From: Candidatus Spongiihabitans sp.
GTDB taxonomy: Bacteria > Pseudomonadota > Gammaproteobacteria > Arenicellales > Poriferihabitantaceae
Direction of reading: 5' to 3'
Length of the DNA: 64,000 nt
Assembly: GCA_965261335.1 (NCBI GenBank)
Contig: OZ253450.1
Coordinates: forward strand, 386,772-450,771
Positions 12,001 through 18,496 of this stretch are shown in pieces. Under the pieces are notes generated by a model. That model had not been told where the DNA came from. It searched no databases and saw only the letters and a list, made by a program, of their open reading frames with translations. The translations under genes were made by a program, and so were the position numbers. Within the stretch, counting starts at the first letter, position 1, and each line of letters opens with the position of its first letter.

Positions 12001-14126
12001 GCTCCTGCTTCAAGTGCCGGGGACACGGATAAATCCCCAGTGATATACCAAGCACCTAGGTTTTGACTAAAAGCAGGTGTGTTGTTACCAAGCATATTAC
12101 TCATATTCGTTACACCGCGGACATCCCAACGGCTAATGTCTTGGTTAAAGGCAGTGGCACTAGCAAACATCCACTCCATATTGGTCACATTGCTGACATC
12201 CCAATCACCAATATCTTGGTTAAAGTCGTCAGTATGTTCAAACAGCGTGCCCATACGCTCAACATTGCTGACATCCCAATCGCCGATGTCTTGATTGAAT
12301 TTTTCAGCATGCCTAAACATACCCCACATATCTGTTACCCGAGACAAATCAGGTCGGTCGGTTGTTGTTTGTCCTGCTAGGTTGGTTGCTCCACTAAAAG
12401 CCTGTTCCATTGAAGTCCATTGCTGATTTCCCCATTGGTCAATGGCGATGATACTGTTGGAATTATCATTGCCATTCCCCGCATTAAAATAAATACGCGG
12501 GAAGTCGCCACTAATACGGACGGTATGAGTCCCTGTCACGGTGTAAGCATGCGTGGCATTGCCAGTATAGGTCGTTGTATCTATGCCATCATCACCCCAA
12601 TTTACGGTGTAACTATAGCCACTGCCTGTTGTTGGAATGGTGATCGTCTGACCGTCCGTTACGCTCCAAGTGGTCACGAAATCACCCGAGTCACCTAACG
12701 GACTCCCAGCAGGCATCTCGCCTGCTCCACCATTAACAGTGATGGTGATGGTTCCACTATCCGTACCACCACTATTAGTGGCGGTGATGAAGTAGGTGGT
12801 TAAAGTTGCAATCGCCGTTGGTGTGCCTGAAATGGTGCCAGTGGCTGTGCTAAATGACAGTCCAGCGGGAAGTGTTGGATCGATGCTGTAGCTCTCAACA
12901 TTACCACCGCCACTTGAGCTGATAGTTATATCCGCGATAGCAGTGCCCACGGTGGCAACCAGCGTATTGGGGCTGATACTGATACTCGGGGCGGCTATGG
13001 GGGCTGTTATTGCCGCATTGATGATGGTCAATGTGCGGGAATTATTCTCTCCATACCCCCCCGTTGATGTTATACCTAACGTATATGAAGGTGAACTCAG
13101 TGCTTGAGCTACGCTTAGAGACCCACCAATCAGGCTAAATAAATCCGCACCATCTCCGACAAGCGCATAACTGGGAGTTTGTCCGTTAAGTTCATTGTTT
13201 TGAGCGGTGATGCTTCCTATCACAGCACCTATCCCAGCCGTACTACCAACCGTGAACGTTAGCGTTTCTGGTAATGGGTCATCTGACGGCAATTCCGCAT
13301 CGGTAATATACCAAGCGCCTAGGTTTTGGATAAAGCCAAAGCCAGGGGCAGATGAAGAGGCTAAAAAAAACATCTCGCTCATATCGATAACCTTCCTAAC
13401 ATCCCAACCACCAATGTCTTGGTTAAAGACTCTAGCACCACTAAACATAAACGCCATACTGGTCACATCGCTGACATCCCAATTGCCTATGTCTTGGTTA
13501 AAGGCGGTAGCGTCTCTAAACATCTCACTCATATCCGTTACCCGAGACAAATCAGGTTTGTCGCTGGCTGTTCCTGCGAGTGCATAAGCCCCCTTAAAAG
13601 CACCCGCCATTGAAGTCCATTGACGACCCGCTCCCCATTGTTTGATGGCAACGATGGTGGATGAGCCATTGTCTGAGGAGGTGCTAGGATAATAAATCCG
13701 TGGGAAGGTGCCGCTAATGCGGATGTCATAATCGCCTGCGTCGGCGTAAGTATGCGTGGCACCGCCTGTATGTACATCGGTGTCACTCACGTTATCGCCC
13801 CAATCAACCGTGTAATTATACGTTTCGGTAGAGAATGTTGGAATGGTGATTGTTGAATGGGTGGATACTATTTTCCAAGTGGTAACGAAGTCATTCAAGC
13901 CTTGTGCATTAGCCAGCTGTGCGACAAACAATAGTGCAAAGAAAGTGGCGACGAATAGGCACTTCAGAGGTGCGGACAAAATACCACAACGATTTGATGT
14001 GGCTGTCCGTGCTGTTTTGAGTTGCGTTGCAATTGAAATCATCGCCCTACCCCATAAGCCGAACGCGGATTGTGGGGTGGTAACTATATGATTATTAATG
14101 GTTTTTATGATGAACGATGATTTCAT
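1..14126 (-). CDS. Giant modular surface/adhesin-like protein; 5' end complete, 3' end beyond the left window edge (>=4708 codons in window). Signal peptide, 8 iterated modules (TTW..WGD..THxY..FPRIYF beta-sandwich + DUF285/26-residue repeats + cadherin-like/He_PIG-like domains), then Ig-like domains and LRR blocks
   Basis: Hand translation of the minus strand from ATG 14126-14124 gives [13 protein letters not shown]...[59 protein letters not shown]. This has a hydrophobic core plus an AxA-type cleavage site; an alternative ATG lies at 14042. The frame (first codon base = 2 mod 3) was translated by hand over 14126-~10500, 9340-6280, 1142-900 and 299-240 without a stop. The motif D-F-V-T-T-W recurs in this same frame at 13892, 12683, 11117, 9662, 7862, 6305, 4526 and 3272. 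The ORF track lists no minus-strand ORF in this frame across 14 kb, as expected if the ORF has no stop in the window. Repeats of the type [20 protein letters not shown] match the DUF285/TIGR02167-type surface repeat. Segments such as [15 protein letters not shown]...[30 protein letters not shown] are cadherin-like. Confidence 0.85.
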   Translation of the reverse strand, partial: MKSSFIIKTINNHIVTTPQSAFGLWGRAMISIATQLKTARTATSNRCGILSAPLKCLFVATFFALLFVAQLANAQGLNDFVTTWKIVSTHSTITIPTFSTETYNYTVDWGDNVSDTDVHTGGATHTYADAGDYDIRISGTFPRIYYPSTSSDNGSSTIVAIKQWGAGRQWTSMAGAFKGAYALAGTASDKPDLSRVTDMSEMFRDATAFNQDIGNWDVSDVTSMAFMFSGARVFNQDIGGWDVRKVIDMSEMFFLASSSAPGFGFIQNLGAWYITDAELPSDDPLPETLTFTVGSTAGIGAVIGSITAQNNELNGQTPSYALVGDGADLFSLIGGSLSVAQALSSPSYTLGITSTGGYGENNSRTLTIINAAITAPIAAPSISISPNTLVATVGTAIADITISSSGGGNVESYSIDPTLPAGLSFSTATGTISGTPTAIATLTTYFITATNSGGTDSGTITITVNGGAGEMPAGSPLGDSGDFVTTWSVTDGQTITIPTTGSGYSYTVNWGDDGIDTTTYTGNATHAYTVTGTHTVRISGDFPRIYFNAGNGNDNSNSIIAIDQWGNQQWTSMEQAFSGATNLAGQTTTDRPDLSRVTDMWGMFRHAEKFNQDIGDWDVSNVERMGTLFEHTDDFNQDIGDWDVSNVTNMEWMFASATAFNQDISRWDVRGVTNMSNMLGNNTPAFSQNLGAWYITGDLSVSPALEAGAEVTRFTAQNSALSGQNPSYTLVGGVDVGLFTLTSTGVLSINDAPPADKTSYNITIAATGSFGTNNQHDLTLVANHRPEISSNNGESPYAITLPENIREVTTLTATDGDTNDTLTYTLSNNDAALFEITGTGNSRTLRFKDDFIPDYENPRNSDGVVDQNADQEYRVLVTVSDGTSFDTQEIIVRITPVNETDPTDIGLSSTAVVRSAMARQRVGLLSVIDADAGEIYTYTLAAGNGDDDNDAFTIDGSSLRINATPTAERTIYSIRIRIRGNDGVLGYSKTFTITVSDEALATDDFVTTWQVTAGQTITIPTTGDGYDYAVNWGDDSNATSETGNATHAYADSGTYSVRISGSFPRIYFNNFNSNGNQNSNSIIAIDQWGTGQWTSMNGAFRGATNLAGQASDTPDLSRLTDMNGMFDNAQAFNQNIGNWDVSSVTNMMSMLGSAYNRMAFNQDISDWDVSSVTNMSYMFQSTEYFNQAIGKWDVSSVTNMSHMFRNARSFNQAIGKWDVSSVTNMKSMFSFATAFNQDIGDWDVSLVGDMKTMFQNAVAFNQDISRWDVRNINATFMNSMFAGATAFNQNLGLWYIAVPDLVISPTLEAGGTVTTFMAQNAHLRSHSSVYSLSGTDADLFTLTPAGVLTINLAPDPTKTKYDISVSAMANFLFGTNNHRDFMFGENPAPTNIMLSSEAVVRNAVANTRIGFLSNTDTETGDEYTYTLITGVGDADNEAFIIDGTSLRIKDTPAAGKSSYSIRINVNDGENDFSNTFTITVSEDALATDDFVTTWRVTAGQSITIPTYATETYHYTVNWGSGEAADTATYTGNAVHTYADADDYEVRISGTFPRIYFNNEGDKDKIIAIKQWGNGRWTSMEKSFYGCSNLVGDTNDRPDLSTVTDMNNMFNNADAFNQNIGDWDVSKVTNMSNMFAHTALFNQPIGGWDVSSVTDLSGMFQHSSFNQPIGGWNTGEVTDMNNMFNYNHIFNQPIGDWVTRNVTNMSAMFRRAFGFNQPIGGWVTRNLTDMSYMFQNATFMTHDISAWDVRNVTNMENMIDGTNFRFFVANFGLWYITGDLSVPPTLEAGDEVTRFTAQNSYLNGQNPTYGLDGGTDDDLFTITSTGVLSIKGSPEITKNEYNIRISVSGNVIKKSASDTRIYYRSLTLVANHRPEITSNNGVSHYAITLPENTRAVTTITTTDGDENATLSYTLSNDDVALFEITGTGNSRTLSFKDDFIPDYENPRNSLGVVDQNADQEYRVLVSVSDGISTDTQTIIVTIMPVNETTPTDIGLSSTAVVRSATARQRVGLLSVIDEDAGEIYTYTLADGNGDDDNLLFTINGTSLRILATPATGKSSYSIRINVNDGTNDFAKAFTITVSDDVLETDDFVTTWSVAASQTITIPTTGSGYSYKVNWGDGSTDTSQTGNATHTYADAGTYTVRISGDFPRIYFNAREGNDNSNSIIAINQWGSQQWTSMELAFSGATNLAGQTTLDQPDLSRVTNMRSMFRYAEKFNQDIGNWNVSNVTDMGTLFEYTDVFNKDISGWDVSNVTDMQWMFANGAVFNKDISGWDVRSVTNMNNMFGTSPVFSQNLGAWYITGDLSVSPALEAGDEVTTFTAQNSALSGQNPNYTLVAGGDANLFALTSAGVLSINDVPPAGKTSYNITIAAIGSFGTNNQHDLTLVTNHITQITAPNGGASTYAITLPENTREVTTITATDGDTNDILTYSISRYDSDLFEITGTGNSRTLKFKADRVPDYENPINSDGVVDQNADQEYRVLVSVSDGISFDTQEIIVRITPVSETAPTDIGLSSTAVVRSATAHQRVGLLSVIDADADETYTYTLAAGNGDTDNALFIIDGTSLRILATPAAGKSSYSIRIQVNDGTLNYSKGFTITVSDEALATDDFVTTWQVTADQTITIPTYATETYHYTVNWGDSPTSTSTNQTENATHTYAVAGDYEVRISGSFPRIYFNTHDNNGNQNSNSIIAIDQWGTGQWTSMNGAFRGATNLAGQASDTPDLSRVTKMNSMFQNAEAFDQNIGDWDVSGVTNMSFMLGSIYNAMAFSRDIGDWDVSNVTNMTWMFARATAFNQDISRWDVSSVNSMHSMFQNAIAFDQDIGDWDVSSVNNMQGMFSNAAAFNQDIGDWDVSNVTNMSSMFRDARAFNQDISRWDVRGVRSMTYMFRDATAFNQNLGAWYITGDLSVSPALEAGDEVTTFTAQNSVLSGQSPSYTLAGGVDGGLFTLTSTGVLSINDAPSADKTSYNITIAATGSGSFGTNNQHDLTLVANHRPEISSNNGESPYAITLPENTQPVTTITATDMDANTLNYTLSNSDVALFEITDSGVLSFKDAYIPDYENPRNSDGVVDQNADQEYRVLVSVSDGVSTRTQEIRVTIVELAPSISISTNTLVATVGSPIDAITISSSGGGVVALFAINPTLSDGLTLDTATGTISGTPTAIATLTTYTITATNSGGTATATIAIAVNGGAGEIPAGSLDDFVTTWEIVSTHPTITIPTFSTETYNYTVDWGDNVSDTDVHTGGATHTYADAGDYDIRISGTFPRIYYPSTRSDNGSSTIVAIKQWGAGRQWTSMAGAFKGADTLAGTASDKPDLSQVTDMSEMFQHARAFNQDIGNWDVSNVTNMKNMFRDAGAFNKDIGDWDVSDVTSMEFMFREAGAFNQDIGGWDVRKVSNMTWMFASADDFSQNLGAWYVTDAELSSDDPLPETLTFTVGSTAGINAVIGSITAQNNVLNGQTPSYTLVGDGADLFSLSDGSLSVAQALSSPSYTLDITSTGGYGENNSRTLTITNAAPTPPVATPIISISTNTLVATVGTAIQPITISSSGGGNVVSYGIAPAIGNGLSFSTATGTISGTPTAIAPLTTYLITATNSGGTDSRTITITVNGGAGEMPAGSLDDFVTTWSVPGGLTITIPTTDSGYNYNVNWGDGGIDTTTYTANATHTYADTGTHTVRISGDFPRIYFDAGNGNTNSNSIIAINQWGNQQWTSMGLAFAGATNLIGDATDQPDLSRVTDMWGMFRYAESFNQDIGDWDVSNVDRMGTLFEYATDFDGDIGDWDVSNVTNMAYMFRDATAFNKDISRWDVRKVTDMDNMFSGATDFNQDISRWDVRGVTNMSNMLDGASDFIQNLGAWYITGDLSVSPALEAGAEVTTFTAQNSALSGQNPSYTLVGGVDVGLFTLTSTGVLSINDAPPTDKYSYNITIAATGSFGTNNQHDLTLVANHRPEISSNNGESPYEITLPENTKAVTTITATDMDANTLNYTLSNSDAALFEINNAGELSFQDEYIPDYKNPRDSQGNIISSGGDQGYWVLVTVSDGVSTYTQEIRVTIVRLLTVVNSIEDIDNLVAQSSIRTVDVSGYFSDSEPDNMLTFTTESSNTPTATVEVVGSTVTITANAAGSATITITAEDTIGQMVTQAFVVTVTNPAPTIVNALNDIDLVAMDSPRELNVAGNFNGFENETLTFTVMSSNDDTATVTVSGSVVTITPIAVGRTTITVTAIDSADKAVTETFVVTVTNQPPAIVTALADIDLAAMSSPLQVDMADYFSDIDTLTFTVESSNDAIATVMVGGSVVTITPVAIGDVEITVTATDTADQTATQTFTVAATNPAKVCSRSADVQARIIAAVSDQDACDEITTTDLGSITALNFDGGTPAFALSSPLKNGDFAGLTGLTELQLQDNSLTTLPADIFSGLSALQTLNLNDNQLSTLPAGLFSGLTSLTTLNLSRNPLPASLPASLFADVPRNAITLPTGTAINAAVPTTVDTIADITDLMASGDAQTVNVAGNFSDPGDTLTYTAQSSDETIATVGVDDSGEVTVTPSLAVGGATTITITATDTAGQTATQTFMVIVKKPTTITGTIADITNLVAQGSLRDVDVASKFNDPNDTLTYTAQSSDDDIATVTVADSVVTITPIAIGTATITVTATDGESSPAKQTFTVSIADTAIGNVCSRTEAVREQLVLTIRRTRSGIDCKDITATDLAGITDP
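2250..4530. repeat. Copy A of the ~2.2-kb intragenic duplication (giant-gene modules 7-8)
   Basis: See copy B. Shadow ORF pairs are near-identical: 3784..4152 with 13207..13587, and 3009..3380 with 12420..12698. Confidence 0.85.
11730..13895. repeat. Copy B of a ~2.2-kb intragenic long-range duplication (giant-gene modules 1-2)
   Basis: Long stretches are identical or near-identical to 2250-4530. For example, 11881-11940 is identical to 2401-2460, and 11941-12060 is near-identical to 2461-2580. Offsets run from ~9480 down to ~9367 nt, implying a ~23-codon indel inside the DUF285 block. Shadow ORFs 13538..13786 and 4172..4420 differ at only a few residues. Confidence 0.85.
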
Positions 14127-14213
14127 TTGGAATATTCTCTTGATTGAAGTATTCGTGAGGCTGATGGGTTGAATTCACCGCCCTCACTCGACAGCGTTAC
14201 TGTAGCACAACTA

Positions 14214-14857
14214 ATTGAAAATTGAAAATTGAGAAGCAACCTAGTCCGTCATTCCTGCGGAAGCAGGAATCCAGTAAAATAAATATTCTTATCTAATTGA
14301 AAATTGAAAATTGAAAATTGAAAATTGAGAAGCAACCTAGTCCGTCATTCCTGCGGAAGCAGGAATCCAGTAAAATAAATATTCTTATCTAATTGAAAAT
14401 TGAAAATTGAAAATTGAGAAGCAACCTAGTCCGTCATTCCTGCGGAAGCAGGAATCCAGTAAAATAAATATTCTTATCTAATTGAAAATTGAAAATTGAA
14501 AATTGAAAATTGAAAATTGAAAATTGAAAATTGAGAAGCAACCTAGTCCGTCATTCCTGCGGAAGCAGGAATCCAGTAAAATAAATATTCTTATCTAATT
14601 GAAAATTGAGAAGCAACCTAGTCCGTCATTCCTGCGGAAGCAGGAATCCAGTAAAATAAATATTCTTATCTAATTGAAAATTGAAAATTGAAAATTGAAA
14701 ATTGAGAAGCAACCTAGTCCGTCATTCCTGCGGAAGCAGGAATCCAGTAAAATAAATATTCTTATCTAATTGAAAATTGAAAATTGAAAATTGAGAAGCA
14801 ACCTAGTCCGTCATTCCTGCGGAAGCAGGAATCCAGTAAAATAAATATTCTTATCCA
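14214..14857. repeat. Nested tandem repeat array: 7 x [ (ATTGAAA)n + identical 68-bp hairpin-containing core ], n = 2,4,3,7,1,4,3
   Basis: The core ATTGAGAAGCAACCTAGTCCGTCATTCCTGCGGAAGCAGGAATCCAGTAAAATAAATATTCTTATCTA starts at 14228, 14324, 14413, 14530, 14605, 14701 and 14790. The only mismatch is at 14856. Heptamer tracts start at 14214, 14296, 14392, 14481, 14598, 14673 and 14769. Unit lengths are 82, 96, 89, 117, 75, 96 and 89 bp, i.e. 68+7n. Confidence 0.95.
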
Positions 14858-14972
14858 TAGCCGTCATTCTCAATTATCAACACCCTTATAAGGGGGCTTT
14901 GGGCTAACATCGGTGTCAAAAGCGGTCTCAATCGCTCATTTATAAGTATAAACGCCCTCTCTCTGCGTGCTT

Positions 14973-15000
14973 TTGTTATTGCCAGCAAGCAGGTTATAAT
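14973..15000 (+). promoter_or_regulatory. Candidate sigma70-type promoter for the aminotransferase gene
   Basis: Consensus -10 TATAAT at 14995-15000, 16-bp spacer, and -35-like TTGTTA at 14973-14978. It lies ~55 nt upstream of ATG 15055. Sequence match only. Confidence 0.35.
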
Positions 15001-15054
15001 TTAAGCATAATTAAACTGGCAGGGCTACCCTAAACATTTCCGCGAACAAACCCT

Positions 15055-16425
15055 ATGCGAACCTATGATACGACAGAATTGCGTCAAATAGATGCAAATC
15101 ATCATATACACCCATTCACTGACCATAAGGCGATGTACAAAAGTGGTACACGCATTATTACGAGTGCGGAAAATATCTATATTTATGACAGCGATGGGAA
15201 TCGCTATCTCGATGCTATGTCTGGTTTGTGGTGCGTCAATATCGGCTATGGCAGAACCGAGTTAGCGGAAGTTGCAAAATCACAGATGGAGCAACTGCCT
15301 TACTACAATAGTTTCTTTCAATGTGCGCAATTACCTGCGGTGGAATTGGCAGAAATACTTGCTGAGGTAACGCCGCCACAAATGAAGCGCGCGTTTTTCG
15401 GCTGTTCTGGCTCTGATGGCAATGACACCGTTTTGCGTTTGGTACGCTACTTCTGGGAAATTCAAGGACATGCCGAACGTAATATCGTGATTAGCAGACG
15501 CAATGCCTATCACGGTAGCACGATGGCAGGTGCGAGTCTTGGTGGCATGGCTGCCATGCATGCACAAGGGGGTTTGCCGATTCCCAATATCGAGCATATC
15601 GATCAACCCTATTTCTATGGCGAGGGTGGCAATGTTAGCCTCGAAGAATTTGGATTGCAGCGTGCCCAAGCACTCGAACAGCGCATATTAGAATTAAGCC
15701 CCGAGCGCGTTGCAGCGTTTATTGCCGAACCCATTCAGGGTGCTGGTGGGGTGATTATTCCGCCGGATAATTATTGGCCAGAAATCAACCGCATCTGCCA
15801 GAAATATGATGTATTGCTGTGCGCCGATGAAGTGATTTGCGGTTTTGGGCGAACCGGCGAATGGTTTGGCTCGGACACCTTTGGCATCGAAGCCGATGTG
15901 ATGACACTGGCAAAAGGATTATCCGCTGGCTATCAACCCATCAGCGCGGTTATGATTGCCGATAGAATCGCTACGATTCTCGACCACAACGGTGGCGAGT
16001 TTGTGCATGGTTATACCTATTCCGGTCACCCTGTAGCATGTGCGGTGGCATTAAAAAATATCCAAATTTTGCGTGATGAACGCATTATCGAAAAGGCACG
16101 CGAGAACACGATGGATTATTTTCAATCCAAAATTGCTGCCCTTGAATCACATCCTTTGGTCGGCGAAGCACGCACCAAGGGGTTTCTTGGCGGTTTGGAA
16201 CTGGTTGCAGATAAACAGAGCAAACGTCGATTCGACGAGGACGGCAGTGCGGGTACACTCTGTCGAGAAAATTGTCTGAAAAATGGTGTAGTGGTGCGTG
16301 CTGTGGACGATACAATGGTGTTATGTCCACCTCTGATTATTACCCGCGCACAAATTGATGAATGTTACGATCTCATTTGGACGAGCCTAGAACAATCATT
16401 GGTCGAACTTAAAAATCGTGCTTAG
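15055..16425 (+). CDS. Class-III (omega) PLP-dependent aminotransferase, SpuC/putrescine- or beta-alanine--pyruvate transaminase-like
   Basis: 456 aa. Family motifs are present: LWCVNIGYG, AYHGST, FIAEPIQGAGGVI, DEVICGFGRTG, and the PLP-lysine context TLAKGLSAGYQP. Substrate specificity is not determinable from the sequence. Confidence 0.85.
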   Translation: MRTYDTTELRQIDANHHIHPFTDHKAMYKSGTRIITSAENIYIYDSDGNRYLDAMSGLWCVNIGYGRTELAEVAKSQMEQLPYYNSFFQCAQLPAVELAEILAEVTPPQMKRAFFGCSGSDGNDTVLRLVRYFWEIQGHAERNIVISRRNAYHGSTMAGASLGGMAAMHAQGGLPIPNIEHIDQPYFYGEGGNVSLEEFGLQRAQALEQRILELSPERVAAFIAEPIQGAGGVIIPPDNYWPEINRICQKYDVLLCADEVICGFGRTGEWFGSDTFGIEADVMTLAKGLSAGYQPISAVMIADRIATILDHNGGEFVHGYTYSGHPVACAVALKNIQILRDERIIEKARENTMDYFQSKIAALESHPLVGEARTKGFLGGLELVADKQSKRRFDEDGSAGTLCRENCLKNGVVVRAVDDTMVLCPPLIITRAQIDECYDLIWTSLEQSLVELKNRA

Positions 16426-16477
16426 CTGACCGAGCAAACCGTCATTAACGATAATCCAAGCCTCACAAACCAAAACA

Positions 16478-17398
16478 ATGTCAAGCAAAACTACAATGTC
16501 GATTGAAAACGGCGCCACTAAGGAAATAAATGGTGTCAGCCATATCTTTTTTGATGATTATTGGATTCGTTATTATAAACCGCCAAAAGAGACCTCTTTC
16601 GAAAAAAAGAAACTGCTGGACGCACTAACCCGTAGAACATTCCATCATACTGAACGCGGCATTAACACGCCCGGGGAAAGGTTAGACGAAGTACGCTCCG
16701 CATATGAAAAAGAAATCGATCCTGCTCGAAAACGTGTCAATGCGGCTATGCTGGCGGGCGCATTATTCAATCGTGCCACCGATATATTCACGACCATCGT
16801 GAATCTTGAAGAACGTGGTATTGAGATGACTCAAGATAATGGGCTTATGCTTGAATGCTCAATCTGTTTCTCTGAAGCCCTGTCATTATCCGGCAATGTC
16901 AGGCATTACAGTGGCGAAGAAGGTGTCGATGAGCTATGGGGTGAGCCGGGAAAGGTGTTCACTATGTCCATCGCAGATTATTATTGTAGCCGCTACCGTA
17001 AAATCGCACAGGCGATGCGTGAAATTGATCGAGTCGGCGAAATCATTCAATCTACGTTTTGTTGTCTGCACTGGTTTTCACAAGCCACCCCCTTGGTAGA
17101 AGATTTCATCGCCATCGCTAAATGTGAATGCGAAATCTTGCGTAGCGATTCGAACTATCTAACGGTATGGCCAGAATTTGTTGCCGATGGGGAAAAAATT
17201 ATCAACTTCCGTGCGATTATCCCAGAACAAGCCAGCACTGATCTGGAAAGACATATCAAACGTGGTACCGCCTTGTTACGTTCAGGAAAAGACCTCATCG
17301 CTTGGATTGCCAACCTCCGCGTACCGATGCCCACAAGCACGACAGAATACCTAACAAAATGCACTGCTTACCGAAAAGCGACCCAAGAATTCGTATAG
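16478..17398 (+). CDS. Hypothetical protein (306 aa), no recognised motif
   Basis: Long ORF that fills the gap between the flanking genes on the same strand. I could identify no domain motif. Several Cys residues but no obvious metal-binding pattern. Confidence 0.6.
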   Translation: MSSKTTMSIENGATKEINGVSHIFFDDYWIRYYKPPKETSFEKKKLLDALTRRTFHHTERGINTPGERLDEVRSAYEKEIDPARKRVNAAMLAGALFNRATDIFTTIVNLEERGIEMTQDNGLMLECSICFSEALSLSGNVRHYSGEEGVDELWGEPGKVFTMSIADYYCSRYRKIAQAMREIDRVGEIIQSTFCCLHWFSQATPLVEDFIAIAKCECEILRSDSNYLTVWPEFVADGEKIINFRAIIPEQASTDLERHIKRGTALLRSGKDLIAWIANLRVPMPTSTTEYLTKCTAYRKATQEFV

Positions 17399-17455
17399 AC
17401 TTCAGCGGACTTATTCGTTCCCCGTGTTGCGACCAATCACAATAATCTGAAAATT

Positions 17456-18451
17456 ATGTTGAGTCCTATTTTAGTTACTGGAGGTGCCGGATATATTGGT
17501 TCGCATACCGTATTACATATTCTTAAAGCTGGCTATGATGTGGTGGTGCTAGATAACTTGTATTCGGGGCATCGTTGGGCGATTCCTGAAGCCGCAGAAT
17601 TTTATCAGGGGGATATTCATGACCGTGATTTGGTGACTAAAATAATCCGCAAATACAATATTGATTCGGTGATTCATTTTGCCGGTCATATCGTAGTACC
17701 CGAATCGGTCGAGAATCCAGCCAAGTATTACCAGAATAATGTCGTCGGGTCGCTCAACCTTATTGATGCCTGTATAGCCAATAACATCAACCACTTTATA
17801 TTTTCATCCAGTGCAGCGGTGTATGGTGTTCCAGAATCTTGTCCGGTGAATGAGCAGGCGACACCACGACCAATCAACCCTTATGGGGCGACTAAATTGA
17901 TGACCGAATGGACTTTACGCGATTTCTCGATGGCGACTTCGAGTAAACCGTTTAACTATGTGGCATTACGCTACTTCAATGTTGCCGGAGCGCATATCGA
18001 CGGTGGTCTGGGGCAGTCCACCCCTGAAGCGACCCACCTCATCAAGGTCGCCTGTCAAACGGCTTGCGGTATGCGACCCTATTTGTCTATTTTTGGTGAT
18101 GACTACCCAACCGCTGATGGCTCCTGTATCCGTGATTATATTCACGTCGATGATTTGGCAGTGGCTCATCTTGATGCCCTGTCTTATTTGCATAACGACG
18201 GAAAAAGTACCGTATTGAACTGTGGATATGGGCACGGATTTAGCGTTAAGCAGGTTATTGATTGCGTCAAAACCGTCAGCAACGTGGATTTTGAAGTGCA
18301 AACGGTCGCACGGCGAGCGGGCGACCCACCCGAGCTGATTGCCGATAATAAAAAAATCAAGCGCGTGTTAAACTGGCAACCCAGATACGATGAACTTGCC
18401 ACGATATGCCGTTCTGCTTATCGGTGGGAGAAAAAACTATCGCAAAAATAA
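17456..18451 (+). CDS. galE: UDP-glucose 4-epimerase
   Basis: 331 aa. Rossmann motif VTGGAGYIGSH, catalytic YGATK, and typical GalE length. Confidence 0.9.
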   Translation: MLSPILVTGGAGYIGSHTVLHILKAGYDVVVLDNLYSGHRWAIPEAAEFYQGDIHDRDLVTKIIRKYNIDSVIHFAGHIVVPESVENPAKYYQNNVVGSLNLIDACIANNINHFIFSSSAAVYGVPESCPVNEQATPRPINPYGATKLMTEWTLRDFSMATSSKPFNYVALRYFNVAGAHIDGGLGQSTPEATHLIKVACQTACGMRPYLSIFGDDYPTADGSCIRDYIHVDDLAVAHLDALSYLHNDGKSTVLNCGYGHGFSVKQVIDCVKTVSNVDFEVQTVARRAGDPPELIADNKKIKRVLNWQPRYDELATICRSAYRWEKKLSQK

Positions 18452-18496
18452 AATCAGCGATTAGCAACAAATTACTCCGAATAACAGGACAATAAC

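Noticed and set aside
37-13613. Dozens of 60-170-aa plus-strand ORFs in the track (e.g. 10161..10676, 5445..5855, 3009..3380)
   Set aside because: They are antisense shadows of the giant minus-strand ORF. Their repetitive peptides (…[17 protein letters not shown]…) simply mirror the DUF285 repeat periodicity, and none has independent start or RBS support.
2963-13786. Short minus-strand ORFs (2963..3148, 4172..4420, 6017..6214, 7559..7771, 9320..9568, 10838..11026, 13538..13786)
   Set aside because: All lie in the frame whose ends are 1 mod 3, so they are out of frame with the giant ORF and wholly nested inside it. They recur once per module because the DNA is repeated.
14042-14126. ESPR-type extended signal peptide at the N-terminus of the giant protein
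   Set aside because: The N-region is unusually long (46 or 74 aa before the cleavage site). However, it does not show the conserved ESPR motif known from autotransporters and TPS exoproteins, so I make no such call.
14127-14213. Sigma70 promoter for the giant gene in the 88 bp between its ATG and the array
   Set aside because: There are only weak partial matches and no acceptable -35/-10 pair with 16-18-bp spacing, so no promoter feature is reported there.
14251-14330. Core hairpins acting as a series of Rho-independent terminators
   Set aside because: On the plus strand the stem is not followed by a T-run. On the minus strand the T-rich heptamer tract begins ~20 nt after the stem, too far for a canonical intrinsic terminator. 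The stem is also only 8 bp with 50% GC.
14214-14857. CRISPR array interpretation of the regularly spaced identical 68-bp repeats
   Set aside because: The sequences between the repeats are not unique spacers; they are pure (ATTGAAA)n microsatellite of 7-49 bp. The repeat is longer than any known CRISPR repeat, and no cas genes or leader are nearby.
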